A stretch of DNA of 64,000 bases, from positions 96,001-160,000 of the forward strand of contig CAVUVW010000005.1 in assembly GCA_963745035.1 (NCBI GenBank). The letters run 5' to 3'. Below the pieces are notes generated by a model that ran no database searches, was not told where the DNA came from, and saw only the letters and a list, made by a program, of their open reading frames with translations. The translations under genes and the position numbers were made by a program. The DNA comes from an uncultured delta proteobacterium (GTDB lineage Bacteria; Desulfobacterota; Binatia; UBA9968). Below are positions 1 to 10,589 of the stretch, one piece after another. The first letter of the stretch is position 1, and each line of letters begins with the position of its first letter.

Positions 1-164
1 ATACGATCGACTTAAAAGGACAAAACGATCTAGTCGATGATGATTCTCGTCCCATCGGACGGGCGACCGGCCCCTGACAATTAAGTGAACTGGATCGATC
101 CTGGCGTGTTAGCTGATTGGCTAATCTTCGACACTGAGGTACGTGCTTTTAGTGGCGTTACGAG

Positions 165-202
165 AAACAAGGAGGGAAGCGCTTGGCTTTCCCCCTTAGT
201 TT
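165..202 (-). terminator. Probable intrinsic terminator after the hsp20 gene
   Basis: Imperfect hairpin aaacaaggagggaagc...gctttcccccttagttt just past the stop at 225. Confidence 0.4.
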
Positions 203-224
203 CTGTTTGACGGTTTACGATGAA

Positions 225-671
225 TCAGTTCAGGCTTATAGCGATCTGTCTTGGCTTGGCCTCATCGGCTTTGGGAACTTGTACTTCAAGTATTCCGTCT
301 CGATAGGTTGCTTTGATGCCATCGTGCTTCACGGTTTGCGGCAGGTGGAAGGATCGAGAAAATTTACCTGCAACCCGCTCGACCCGGTGGTACTCGACCC
401 CATTGGCCGGCTCTTCAAACTTTCTCTCGCCACTGACTGTCAATATCCCTTCGTTCACTTCCGTTTTGAGATCCTCGTTTCTCATTCCGGGTAGCTCGGC
501 GCGAATGAGATACGAATCCTTACTTTCAAGAATGTCCACAGGAGGATACCAGACTCCAGCGGCAGCACTCTGTTGCGCCCGTGTCCGACCGAACGTGTCT
601 TCGAATAGCTCGTTGATACGGGACTGAACTCTGTTTAGACCCTCGATCTGATCCCATCTTACTAGTTCCAT
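225..671 (-). CDS. Hsp20/alpha-crystallin small heat-shock protein
   Basis: PPVDILE...AELPG...GILTVSGERK...ERVAGKFSRSFHLP...IKATYRDGILEVQVPK; AAAGGAG RBS upstream. Confidence 0.95.
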   Translation of the reverse strand: MELVRWDQIEGLNRVQSRINELFEDTFGRTRAQQSAAAGVWYPPVDILESKDSYLIRAELPGMRNEDLKTEVNEGILTVSGERKFEEPANGVEYHRVERVAGKFSRSFHLPQTVKHDGIKATYRDGILEVQVPKADEAKPRQIAISLN

Positions 672-713
672 AATTAGCTCTCCTTTTTTAAACTTTTTCT
701 TTAGGTAGCGGGA

Positions 714-742
714 AGTTAATCACGGCCTGTCACCGTGTCAAG
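714..742 (-). promoter_or_regulatory. Sigma70-like promoter for hsp20
   Basis: Minus strand TTGACA-N17-TAACTT. Confidence 0.45.
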
Positions 743-806
743 GAAGGAAAAGTAGGACAAGTTAAGTTAGCCCCGGTTTGACGGACGCTGTCGATTATAA
801 GTCACG

Positions 807-1411
807 ATGCGCGGCGAGCCTACATTCCGGACACAGCGCGCAATCTCTTGGTGACCGTTGATCTCGAACAGGGGACCGTGCTTGCTGAAACGCCGGTCGG
901 TGATGGCCCGTCTCATCCCATTGTCACCCCGGATGACAGCGTGGTCTGTGTCGCTAATTCTCGATCGCACGACATATCACTGGTGGACGCGCATACGTTT
1001 CAGCTGTTGGCCACGATTCCGAGCGGTGAAGCGGCTAACCAGACGACCTTGACGGCAAGGGGAGACGTTCTGCTGGTAGCAAACTTCTTCGAAGACTCGG
1101 TGACCATCGTGGATCTACCGAGTAGGACCCGCGTGACGGTCGTGGCGGTGGGACCGTATCCGCACGGCCTCGACATGGCTCCCGGTGACCGCTACGTAGT
1201 TACCACCCATTTCGGCGATTCGTGGGTCAGTATCATCGACGTGGCGGAACGCAAAGTCGCTGTGCGGGTGCCGGCCGGGCTCGGCTCTTCGCACACCAGC
1301 TTTTCGCCCGAAGGCGACCGCGCCTACGTCGCCAATAGTCTCGCCAACACCATAACGGTGATCGACTTGAACAGCCTTGAGGCGACCGCTCAGATAGTCG
1401 CGCTACAGTAG
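807..1411 (+). CDS. YVTN/YncE-like beta-propeller repeat protein (start probably ATG 807 with a 1-bp deletion; ORF track start 848)
   Basis: Repeats VANSRSHDISLVD, VANFFEDSVTIVD, THFGDSWVSIID, YVANSLANTITVID; the frame stays open upstream as ARRAYIPDTARN. Confidence 0.8.
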
Positions 1412-1695
1412 TTGGCCGCTGAGGGGGCGGAGACAAAGTCGGCGGCATTGGTGAGCAGTGTCTTGATATCCAAACCGCCGCGGATATAAACGAGGCTGAC
1501 GTGAAGCCCTTCTCTTTGAAAAAAGCTCTTCTGCCGCGCGGTCTCTAAAATAGGAAAGTTGGTGATGGATTTGCTCGGGTAAGTGACGACGATTTTTTCG
1601 GCGGATGACACGCCCTGCCCCTGGGCGTCCGCCGCAAGGACTGCGGCCACAATAGCGTTTAGCGCAATCAAGCAAAGTTTGCATAGGGTCGGCAT
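1390..1695 (-). pseudogene. N-terminal fragment of a NitT/TauT-type substrate-binding protein, truncated at the end of the YVTN gene
   Basis: Signal peptide plus KIVVTYPSKS...ARQKSFFQREGLHVSLVYIRGG...LLTNAADF; stops after about 100 aa versus about 330 aa for paralogues in this window. Confidence 0.7.
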
Positions 1696-1925
1696 GATTC
1701 TTCTCTTCAGCGCGGAGTCGATGCCGCGGCTTGATGTGTTAATGGAATCGATGTGCGTTGCTGGTGTGTGAAACCTTATTAGCCGGCGATCTTGCGAAAT
1801 GTCAACAGCAAGCACATGGAGATGCGCGAATCCAGGGCTTGCCGCGGACGCGGGATTGATCTATTTAGAAGATAACCTCAAAGCAAATCAGTCGCTGAAG
1901 CTACACAACCTAAAGGAGAGCACCT

Positions 1926-3059
1926 ATGAAAGACGGGTTCAAAGTCATCGACGCGGATCGGCATATTTTGGAGCCGACGGATCTTTATCAAAATTATCTG
2001 CCGGAAAAGTTCAAGCACCGCGTGCGCCTGGCGGGGCCGAATCAGACGGTGCGCGAAGTGGACGGCAAGCCGGTATCCGATTCGGCGCTCCGCCCCGGTC
2101 GCGCCATGGAAGATTATGGCTATATCTTTTCGTCGTCGAAGCGCTGGCGCGAGTGTTTCGCCGACGCCTACGCCAACAAGTTCGACCCGGCATCGAACCT
2201 CCGCGACATGGACCGCGAAGGCATCGACGTCTCCGTGCTTTTTCCGACCATCGGCCTCTACATCATGTGGCGCGACGACATCGATCCGGAGTTGAGCGCC
2301 GCGATCTGCCGGGCCTACAACACCTGGCTCGCTGATTACTGCGACCACGACCGCAAGCGGCTGCACGGCGTCATGCTGATTCCGCTGCAGGATCCGGCGC
2401 GCGCCGTGGAAGAATTGAAATACGCGCGCGAGAAGCTCGGCTTGGTCGGCATCTTCTGGCGGCCGAACAAATTCTGCGGCCGGACATTCGCCAGCTCGGA
2501 TTATTATCCCATTTACGACGTTGCCTCGCAGCTCGGCGTGACCGTGTGCGTGCATGAAGGGGCGCGCACGATTTTGCCCCAGGCCGGCAGCGACCGCTAC
2601 AGCGAGTTCGGCCGCCACGTGGCGTGCCATCCACTGGAACAGATGCTCGCCTGCTTGAACTTCTGCGCCGACGGAGTGCTCGAGAAATTTCCCAAGCTCA
2701 AGGTGGCCCATCTCGAATCTGGCTGCGGCTGGGTGCCGTTCTGGCTCGAGCGCATGGACGAACACTGGGAGCACGAGTCGCACGGCTCGGCGAAAATCAC
2801 CAAGGAAAAGCCCAGCCATTATTTCAAGCAGAATTGCTGGGTGAGCTGCGAAGCGGGCGAAGAGCTGGCGCCGGCTTTCATCGAGCACGTCGGCGACGAT
2901 TATCTGATGATCGCCACGGACTACCCGCACAGCGACGCGATCGACAAGTTCCCAGACAAGACGGTCGGCGCGATCAGCAGCAACGACAAGATCGCCGCCG
3001 AGTCGCGACGCAAGATTCTTTGGGACAACCCGACAAAGACGTTTGGCTTAGGCGCGTAG
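1926..3059 (+). CDS. Amidohydrolase_2 family protein
   Basis: IDADRH, MDREGIDVSVLFPT, RAYNTWLADYC, VCVHEG, LESGCGW, ATDYPH; AAGGAG RBS. Confidence 0.93.
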   Translation: MKDGFKVIDADRHILEPTDLYQNYLPEKFKHRVRLAGPNQTVREVDGKPVSDSALRPGRAMEDYGYIFSSSKRWRECFADAYANKFDPASNLRDMDREGIDVSVLFPTIGLYIMWRDDIDPELSAAICRAYNTWLADYCDHDRKRLHGVMLIPLQDPARAVEELKYAREKLGLVGIFWRPNKFCGRTFASSDYYPIYDVASQLGVTVCVHEGARTILPQAGSDRYSEFGRHVACHPLEQMLACLNFCADGVLEKFPKLKVAHLESGCGWVPFWLERMDEHWEHESHGSAKITKEKPSHYFKQNCWVSCEAGEELAPAFIEHVGDDYLMIATDYPHSDAIDKFPDKTVGAISSNDKIAAESRRKILWDNPTKTFGLGA

Positions 3060-3088
3060 ATTGCGCGCTCGTTCCATGCTCGACTTAC

Positions 3089-3125
3089 GAAGGCCCGGGT
3101 CCTCACGATTCGGGCCTTCTTTTTT
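3089..3125 (+). terminator. Rho-independent terminator
   Basis: gaaggcccg...cgggccttc stem followed by a T-run. Confidence 0.8.
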
Positions 3126-3185
3126 CCCGGTGTCTCGATACACGGGAGGTCCTCATGAAACTCACGACCTAAACTATTCCGGTCG

Positions 3186-4235
3186 ATGCGACGAAGCCTG
3201 CTCGGCGTTTCAGCGGCGCTGTTGTTGGGCGGTTTCGCCGCACCCGCCGCCGCGCAGACATCTTTTTTTCAAGGCAAGACCGTCACCATCATTCAAGGGC
3301 GCGATCCCGGCGGCAGCGGCGATCTCCGCACCAAGGCGGTGGCGACGTTCGTGCAAAAGTACCTCCCCGGCAATCCGACCGTAATCATGGAATACATGCC
3401 GGGCGCGGGCGGGCGGAAAGCCGCCAATCATCTTTTCCGAGTCGCCAAGCCCGACGGTCTCACCATCGGCAATCCGAGCATCGGCATGATCTCCAGCGCC
3501 GTGCTCGGCGAATCAGGAGTGCAATACGACATCGACAAATTTTCTTATCTCGGCTCGCCGTACAGCACCTATCATGCCGTGTTCGTCAGCCGGAAGCAGG
3601 CGGGCTTCAACAGCATCGAAAAACTGCAGGCCGCCACCGGCATCCGCATCGGCGCGCAGTCGGTGGGCTTCGTCACCTACAACGAGGGGCGGCTGTTCGC
3701 CTATCTGCTGGGGCTGAAAGATCCGCGCTTCGTAGCTGCCTACGGCGGCGCGGAAATCGATCCGGCGCTTTTGCGCGGCGAGATCGACGCGCGGGCGACC
3801 GGCGCCGACACGGTGACCCAGCGCAACCGAGATTGGCTCGAAAAAGGCAATATCGTCGACTTTCATGCGATCCTCGAGGTTCCCAAAGGGGAAAAGCATC
3901 CGGACTTTCCCAAGGTTCCGGAGATCGACACTTTTGCCAAATCAGATCTGGAGCGCAAGGTCGCCAACATGGCGCGCGCATTCAGAATCGCTGGGACGCC
4001 CTTCGTGCTTCCTCCCGGCACGCCGAAAGATCGCGTGGAGGTCATTCAAGGCGCTTTCCGAAAGGCGTTCCAGGACCCGGAATTTTTCCGGGAATACAAG
4101 AAGCTCACCGGCGACGAACCGACGCCGCTCATGCCCGAATTGCACGAGAAAGCGGTAAAAGACATTCCTCGAGAACCGGAAGTCGTGGAGGTTTTTAAGA
4201 AACTCGTCGGCGCCGGGCCGCTGCCGTCGCGCTGA
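3186..4235 (+). CDS. Tripartite tricarboxylate transporter substrate-binding protein (Bug/TctC-like)
   Basis: Signal peptide; FFQGKTVTII..PGGSGD, PGNPTVIMEYMPGAGG, KPDGLTIG, PPGTPKDRV. Confidence 0.9.
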   Translation: MRRSLLGVSAALLLGGFAAPAAAQTSFFQGKTVTIIQGRDPGGSGDLRTKAVATFVQKYLPGNPTVIMEYMPGAGGRKAANHLFRVAKPDGLTIGNPSIGMISSAVLGESGVQYDIDKFSYLGSPYSTYHAVFVSRKQAGFNSIEKLQAATGIRIGAQSVGFVTYNEGRLFAYLLGLKDPRFVAAYGGAEIDPALLRGEIDARATGADTVTQRNRDWLEKGNIVDFHAILEVPKGEKHPDFPKVPEIDTFAKSDLERKVANMARAFRIAGTPFVLPPGTPKDRVEVIQGAFRKAFQDPEFFREYKKLTGDEPTPLMPELHEKAVKDIPREPEVVEVFKKLVGAGPLPSR

Positions 4236-4319
4236 GTCCGAAAGAGCTATTTCGTTCTTGGTAGAATTGCAGTGGTGGAGGGTTGGAGTAACAGGTCTGG
4301 GCCCTCCCGCCGCCAAGGC

Positions 4320-7300
4320 TTAGCTTGCGACACCGCGCGCAAGCGCCGCAGCTCCACGATCCGCAGGAACTGTATGAGGCAGCGAGAAGGTGAAGGTCGT
4401 GCCGTGGCCCGGCTGACTTTCCACCCGAATATTGCCTCTCATCAAGTCGAGATACTCCTTGACGATATTGAGGCCGAGACCGACACCGTTAAAGTCTCCG
4501 GTATGTGCTTCTTTAATCTGCTCGAAGGCTCTGAAGATTCGATCCATATCTTGGGCTTCGATGCCGATCCCCGTGTCGGCGACGCTAAATTCAACACGGT
4601 CGACTGCAGGGACATTTCTAACTCGTATATCGATCCGGCCGCGCGGCGTAAACTTAAAAGCGTTGCCGATAAGGTTCTGCAGGATCTCCTCCAGTTTGGT
4701 CGGATCCGTGACGATGTCGGGAACTCCCGGTTCGACGTCCCACTTAACGTCTAGACGTTTGTTGCGGTTTAGCTGCTCTACCTGACTCTGGGCATGAGCG
4801 ACGATTTCGTCGATGTTGACCGTCGCCGGTTCCAACCCCATTTTCTTCGCATCGAGCTGGGATAACGCCAAGACATCGTTCACGAGTTTCAAGAGAAACT
4901 TAGAATGATGTTGAACCTGGGTCATGGCCTTTTTCTGATCGGCGTTAATTTCTCCGAAGAATCCATCGCCGGTCAGCTCCGCGTTGCCCATGATCACGTT
5001 GAGCGGCGTGCGCAGCTCGTGGGACATGGCGGCGATAAACTCGGCTTTCGCTTGGTTGGCTTCTTGCAGCTCCTGGTTTATTTTTCCGAGCTCAGCGGTT
5101 TTTAGGTTCACTTCCTCGAAAAGCCGCGCATTTTCCATAGCGACGCCGATTTCTTGAGCTATGGATTCGATGAGTTGCAGTTCGTCGGGGGCGAAGTGAC
5201 GCCTAGTTTTGCTGGCAAGGTGTAATATGCCGATTACCCCGTGCTTCGACTTGATCGGAAATCCTGCTCCGGTGGAAAATCCCAGCGAGCTTACCACATT
5301 TCGGGGACTCAGCCGCTTGTATTCTGGGTCATTCTCAATGTCCTCAAACACCAATCGTTCGCCCGTCGCAAAAATCTTCCCGCTGACTCCGGCTGACAAC
5401 TCTCGGTGATCCATGGAGCGGGCGATCTCTTCGTCGAGGCCTTTGTACGCCTTGAGGCGCAGTTCCTGGGCAGACGGATCCCGGATATAAATCCAGGAGG
5501 CGTCGAACCGGAGCGTCTCAACCAACTTAGCAAGCGCCTCTCTTAGGACTATATCGAGATTCAAAGACTGGCTGACCGCCGCGCCAACTGTGTTGAGCAC
5601 GGAGAGCTGCTGAGACCTCGTCTCCGAATGCCGGAACAAGGTCGCCTTTTCAACGGCCACGGCAAGATGTTCGGTCATGGACGTAAGCAACCGTGTTTCA
5701 TCGCTTGTCAGTTTTCGAGGAGAGCGTGCGTTAAAAAGTATGGCGCCAAAGACTCGAGATTGGGTTTTTATCGGAAAAACCGCAAAAAAGCTCTGCTTGA
5801 CGCGGTACTTCGCTTTAGTCGCGCTCAGCGCGGCGTATCGCGGGTCCGTGCGGGTGTCTTCAAAAATCATTGGCTCGCCGGCCTCCGCAACTCGGCCGAC
5901 GATGCCTTCACCGGGTTTGAATGTGCGTCTCGCCGTTGAATGCCCCAGGTCGCCTTCAAAAGAAGCCCCTAGCTCTAATTCATTCATCTCGTCGTTAAAT
6001 AAATAAACCCGCGTGCTCTCAAAACGGAATATTTCCGCGATCTTGACAATTACCGCGTTCAAGATGTTCGTCAAGGACAAGGATTGGTTTACCGTGGCCG
6101 TGACGCTATAGAGCGCGGATATTTCCTTGGTCCTCTGGTCCACCTTTTGTTCCAAAGTCGCATAGGAGTTTTGCAGAGCGTCAGTCATCTTGTTGAATTC
6201 GGCCGCTAACTCCTCGATTTCGTCTCCGGTTTTGATATCGGCCCTATGTTCTAGATTGCCGGCTCCAATCGTCGCCACATCCTGCCGTAGTTCTTGTATC
6301 GGTCTAGTAATCTTTTGACTGACCCACGCAATGATAGCGGCTCCGACGAGCAGGCCCACCACCAAAAATACCAGCGCTGAGCGCTTCAATATTTCCACGT
6401 TGGCTAAAGCTGCGTCGAGGGGCTCTTCCAAGATAACGGCTCCACCCAATTCCGGGACTGGCGCATACGTCACTAACACGGGGCCATCCGCCAGTCCCTT
6501 CCCTTCGTGAGCGGGAGTGGAATCTGACACGCGTAGGGTTGCGCAAAAATTTCTTGACTCCATCAACTTGCCGGAGGTTTGTCCGCTTCAAGACCAGCGC
6601 CGCATCTTTATGGGCGATCAAATTTCCCTGCTCGTCTACTAAGTAGGCGTAGCCCGCAGTGCCGAAGCGAATCTTTCCGAGTCGCTTCCCAGAGAAATGA
6701 CAGATCGGCTTCGGCCGAAACCACGCCGGCGACGCTCTGCGCGGCGCCCCAAAGCGGGATCGCCAGTGTGACATACGGCTGGGCCCGGGGTCGAAGTGTA
6801 GACCGGGCTTATATAATCCTCCCCCTTCAGTGCTTTGATAAACTTGGGCGATTGACTCTGGTCGGATAAATCGGAGGGAAAATAGACTTTTCTGTCGGAT
6901 ACCTTCACGACCTCCATTCCCTGGGAATCGATAATGGAAGCGTGGGTGAAGCTGCTGTCGTTTTTGACCAGGAGACCCAGCAGTAATTGTTGCTCTTTGC
7001 TGCCCAAGGGATAAAGACTTAAGGCAGCGGCATTATCCGAAAACCGGTCGATCTTGCGGCGAACAAAGGTGCGAATTTGCTCGCCGGTGACAGACGCGAG
7101 TTCCGACTGCAACGCGACCGCTTCTTGCCGGATCTGTCTTTCCATATAAGAATAGCCGGCGACGACGACAACCAACAGGGAAACTCCAAAAAGACTAAGG
7201 CCCCACGTCAGGAGGCGACGCCGGATACCGCCGCCCCTAAAGGAGCCCAGCATTTTTTTCCAAAAATCCCTCATAACGGCGGCCCGTGGGATTTCTTCGT

Positions 7301-7394
7301 ACAGCCCGGCTACCATTTCCATGGGAATGTTAAGCCCCCATCGCATAGCCGGCTTGGAGGCGGAGAGGTCCCGGTTCTTAGGCTGGCTCATCAA
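4320..7394 (-). CDS. Membrane sensor histidine kinase (Cache-HAMP-2xGAF-HisKA-HATPase), split by about 3 frameshifts (near 6788, 6682, 6530)
   Basis: TM plus Cache (YAYLVDEQGNLIAH), HAMP (ITRPIQEL...DEIEELA), H-box MSHELRTPLN, NLIGNAFKFT, DTGIGI, GVGLGL; pieces in ORFs 6639-7394, 6304-6774, 4320-6566; start could be 7274. Confidence 0.88.
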
Positions 7395-7444
7395 TCAGCG
7401 TCCCGGTCTCAGACTCTTCCTCTTTTCCATGGAATTCTTTAAAG

Positions 7445-7459
7445 GCAGGAATTATGCCA
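7445..7459 (-). promoter_or_regulatory. Putative sigma54 (-24/-12) promoter of the histidine kinase
   Basis: Minus strand TGGCATAATTCCTGC (GG-N10-GC) about 50 bp upstream of 7394. Confidence 0.5.
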
Positions 7460-7752
7460 CGTGTTCAGCCCATCCATGCAAACACAAGTAGCTAATATTT
7501 AAAGGAATTATTGGTATTCGTCCTATGAAGACCAAGCGCCGTTAGTTCCGAGAACATCAATTATGCCGAAAGTGAACAGATTTGTGGCGATTCAAAGGCA
7601 AATGCTTAAACATACCCGATTTCTCTAACTCTGGGGGCATGAGAGGTCTCGACATGAACTAAAGGCTGGACAACCTACGTCAGCTGCGGCGGATTCGTTG
7701 CGGAGTTATCACGGTCTCGCGACGAGGCTGGCGAACCGAAAAAGCGTTCAGG

Positions 7753-8746
7753 TTACTTAATCACCTTGTCCGCCTGAACTAGAAGGTGCTGTGGGATCGT
7801 AAGGCCAATTTGCTGGGAGGTCTTCAAGTTTATGAAAATTTCGAATTTTGAGGGTAACTTCACCGGCAGATCGCCAGGTTTAGCTCCCTTAAGAAGGTCG
7901 ACGACGTACTCGGCGGCGCGCCGGTACAAATCCGCTGAATTTGCTCCGTAGGAGATCAGGCCGCCGGCCTCGACATAGCGGGTTGCCTCTGTCATAGTTA
8001 CGAGGCGTTTTTTTGTAGCGATCTCGAAAACTTGTTTTGTGTGCTCACCCATCAGTGGATTCGCGACCACGATTAATGCATCCAGAGGGATCCATTTTCG
8101 CAGCCTGAAATGCTCTTGGCAAATCAGGGTTGGGGCCGCGTATTTCAACCGATCGTAAATCTAGTTTGAAAGCCCGCGTTGCCGCTTCATACTCTTTAAA
8201 AGCGACGGCTGGCCCCGGACCATCCGCATCCCAGAGAACAGCGATCCTCAACAACTTGGGTAGCAGTTCTTTGAGCAACTCTACGCGTTTCGCGCTTAAA
8301 TCACGACCGAGATGGGCAAGTCCAGTAATATTCCCGCCCGGACGCGCAAAGCTAGCCACATAGCCGGCCTCGACAGGATCGACGGAACTTATCATTACAA
8401 TAGGAATCGTTTTGCTCGCTTCCTTAGCGGCCCGGATCACTACATTATTCGGCGCTACAATCACATCAACTTTCTGTTGAACAAGCTCGCTCACAAGCCC
8501 AGGCATCCGATCCAATCTACCTTCCGCATAACGGTGCACAATGACGATGTTCTTATCCTCCACGTAATCGAGTTCGCGCAACCCTTGTCGGAACGCGTCG
8601 AACAAGGGCGAGGCGCTTCCAGGAGCACCCGTGGAAGATATGAACCCTATCCGGGGTAGGGACTTCGCCGTCTGCTGAGCCGCGGCGGAGCAGAAAGCAC
8701 CCAGAATGAAACTACTGATTGCTAAAACAAAAATCTTTTCTTTCAC
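7753..8746 (-). CDS. ABC_sub_bind (COG2984-type) substrate-binding protein, frameshift near 8090
   Basis: PRIGFIS, FRQGLRELDYVE, TIPIVM..DPV, ARPGGNITG, KRVELLKELLP; C-terminal GGLISYG, GAKPGDLPV, INLKT. Confidence 0.88.
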
Positions 8747-8980
8747 AGGCTACCACGCCTCATTGCTGCTGACTTTTATCGCCTCTGTTACTGACGCCTG
8801 GCCAAACAAGCCCCAGAGCAGGAAAATCCCGCTCATTAGTCTTAATGTTGTCAGCCCAATCAACCTCGTGGGTTGAACGGCATATGCAATCAAGACCAGA
8901 TTTTCACGATTTTAAGCTATGAGCGTAAGAATGTGCAAATTAAATTCTAGGGCAGGTTAGGTTTCCCTGGGGGGTTGCTA

Positions 8981-10540
8981 TCAGTGATGAGCGCCCATCT
9001 CAACGTCTATTCCTCGGTGCCGACCTTTTGTATCAAGAGCCAAGGCCATGATTTCCCGCCCGTCCACGGCGAAGTGATGTATGGTTTTTAGTTGACGCGC
9101 GAATGCTGCGACTTTGCCGAACTGTGTGCTTGCGAGGCTGCCTATACGCCGATCCAGTTTACGGCCAACGCTTGCGACATCGTGCACCGACCACTCTACC
9201 GGAAACTTTATGCAGCGATATCTGCGTTGCTTCACATCGATAAGCCAGAGCGAGCTCCGATGGATATCGATGCAGGCGAAAAGATCCTCCCGCAACTCGG
9301 TCGTGTTTTGCAAAAACTCTGACAATTGCGGCGATCGCGCAATCCCGGGTGCGCCTGCGAGGGCGACCTCATATTCAGGACGATGTTTTTCGTCTAAGAA
9401 AATCAGCTTGCCCCCCTTGGTGTCGGAGATGAAATATCCCCCGCATTTGCGCCTTGAGAGTTTGTGGGGATTTGAGAGGCCGGAGATCACTTCTTCGGCC
9501 TCACCCGTGCTCCGTTCGATCACATACCCAGCGCCTTGATGAAACAGGGTGACAAGAATCTTTCCATCCGAGTCGTAACAAGCGCTGTTAAGATGTGCGG
9601 GCTTTTGCCGGGTAGGGATGCCGAACGGATACTTTTCAGGATCGTCCGCCAACAGCACCTCGTGCCCCATGGCGGCGAGCGCTTCGCGTCGGGCTTCCGA
9701 ACGAACCACATAGTGACCCAACTTTGATCGGTCGAAGCCATGGTCCCAAGCGAACCATTGCCAAACGACTTCTCCACTCTCGGTATCAAATTCAAACACG
9801 GCGTCGAAACCAGACGAGGCGACCAACAGTTTTTTTCCATCGGGCGAGAACTCGACAGTGTGTCCCTGATTGAGCCAGGGATTGTCACACAAGCTCGCCT
9901 CACCCGTATCCATATCGATCAACTGAACGGACTGCGCTGTGGCCAACGCCATTTTGTTTTGGCTGGCGTCCACGCCATACGGTTCGACAGTGGAAAACGC
10001 CCATTTCGCTTCGGCCAAAGTCCAATCGAACCGGTCATAAGCCAGAGGAAACGCTGCCACGATCCCTAAGACATAGGGTCTGGCTGCTTCCCTCCCGAAC
10101 ACTCCTAGGTTCTGCCTCTTCATAAGCTCTGCCTGGTGGTCGTTCTTTTCTAACTGCAATGTCGTCTTTATGGTGAATATGACTTCCTCGTGTTGCGCGA
10201 GGTTGGGATCGTACTTATAGGCGATCAGCGGTTCGGATAAGAAAACCGGTTCTCTCCTAACGGTTGCGTGCGACGAGGTAGAAATTCTGGTCGTCTTATT
10301 CTGTCTGATAAAGTCCATGATTTTTTCTTGTTCGTCGGCCGCAGGCACAGACTGAACGTTCTCGACTTCGCCAATGGACTTTTGCAAACGATGCGGAAGA
10401 CTGTTGGACCTGTTATATAACGAATCTGGCTGGTCGCGCTTTGATGGTTTTTTCATTGTGGCTTCTCGTCGTCCGATTTGTCGATCACACCCATCTGGTA
10501 AGAACATAGGGCAGGGTTTCGTTCGCGGAAACTTTGACAT
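8981..10540 (-). CDS. Hypothetical beta-propeller protein with arylsulfotransferase (ASST)-like motifs (start may be 10456)
   Basis: HTVEFSPDGKKLLVAS..DAVFEFDTESGEVVWQWFAWDH and AHLNSACYDSDGKILVTLFHQ..YVIERSTGE; SNPH and SVHD His-containing blades. Confidence 0.6.
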   Translation of the reverse strand: MSKFPRTKPCPMFLPDGCDRQIGRREATMKKPSKRDQPDSLYNRSNSLPHRLQKSIGEVENVQSVPAADEQEKIMDFIRQNKTTRISTSSHATVRREPVFLSEPLIAYKYDPNLAQHEEVIFTIKTTLQLEKNDHQAELMKRQNLGVFGREAARPYVLGIVAAFPLAYDRFDWTLAEAKWAFSTVEPYGVDASQNKMALATAQSVQLIDMDTGEASLCDNPWLNQGHTVEFSPDGKKLLVASSGFDAVFEFDTESGEVVWQWFAWDHGFDRSKLGHYVVRSEARREALAAMGHEVLLADDPEKYPFGIPTRQKPAHLNSACYDSDGKILVTLFHQGAGYVIERSTGEAEEVISGLSNPHKLSRRKCGGYFISDTKGGKLIFLDEKHRPEYEVALAGAPGIARSPQLSEFLQNTTELREDLFACIDIHRSSLWLIDVKQRRYRCIKFPVEWSVHDVASVGRKLDRRIGSLASTQFGKVAAFARQLKTIHHFAVDGREIMALALDTKGRHRGIDVEMGAHH

Positions 10541-10589
10541 TGATAAAGCTCGTAGCTGTTCATCGTCCCGCGTTTTCAGACACGCTAAT

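Noticed and set aside
6530-6790. Programmed frameshifting or phase variation in the kinase and other split genes
   Set aside because: No slippery heptamer with downstream structure or long simple-sequence repeats seen; the window-wide pattern fits sequencing error.
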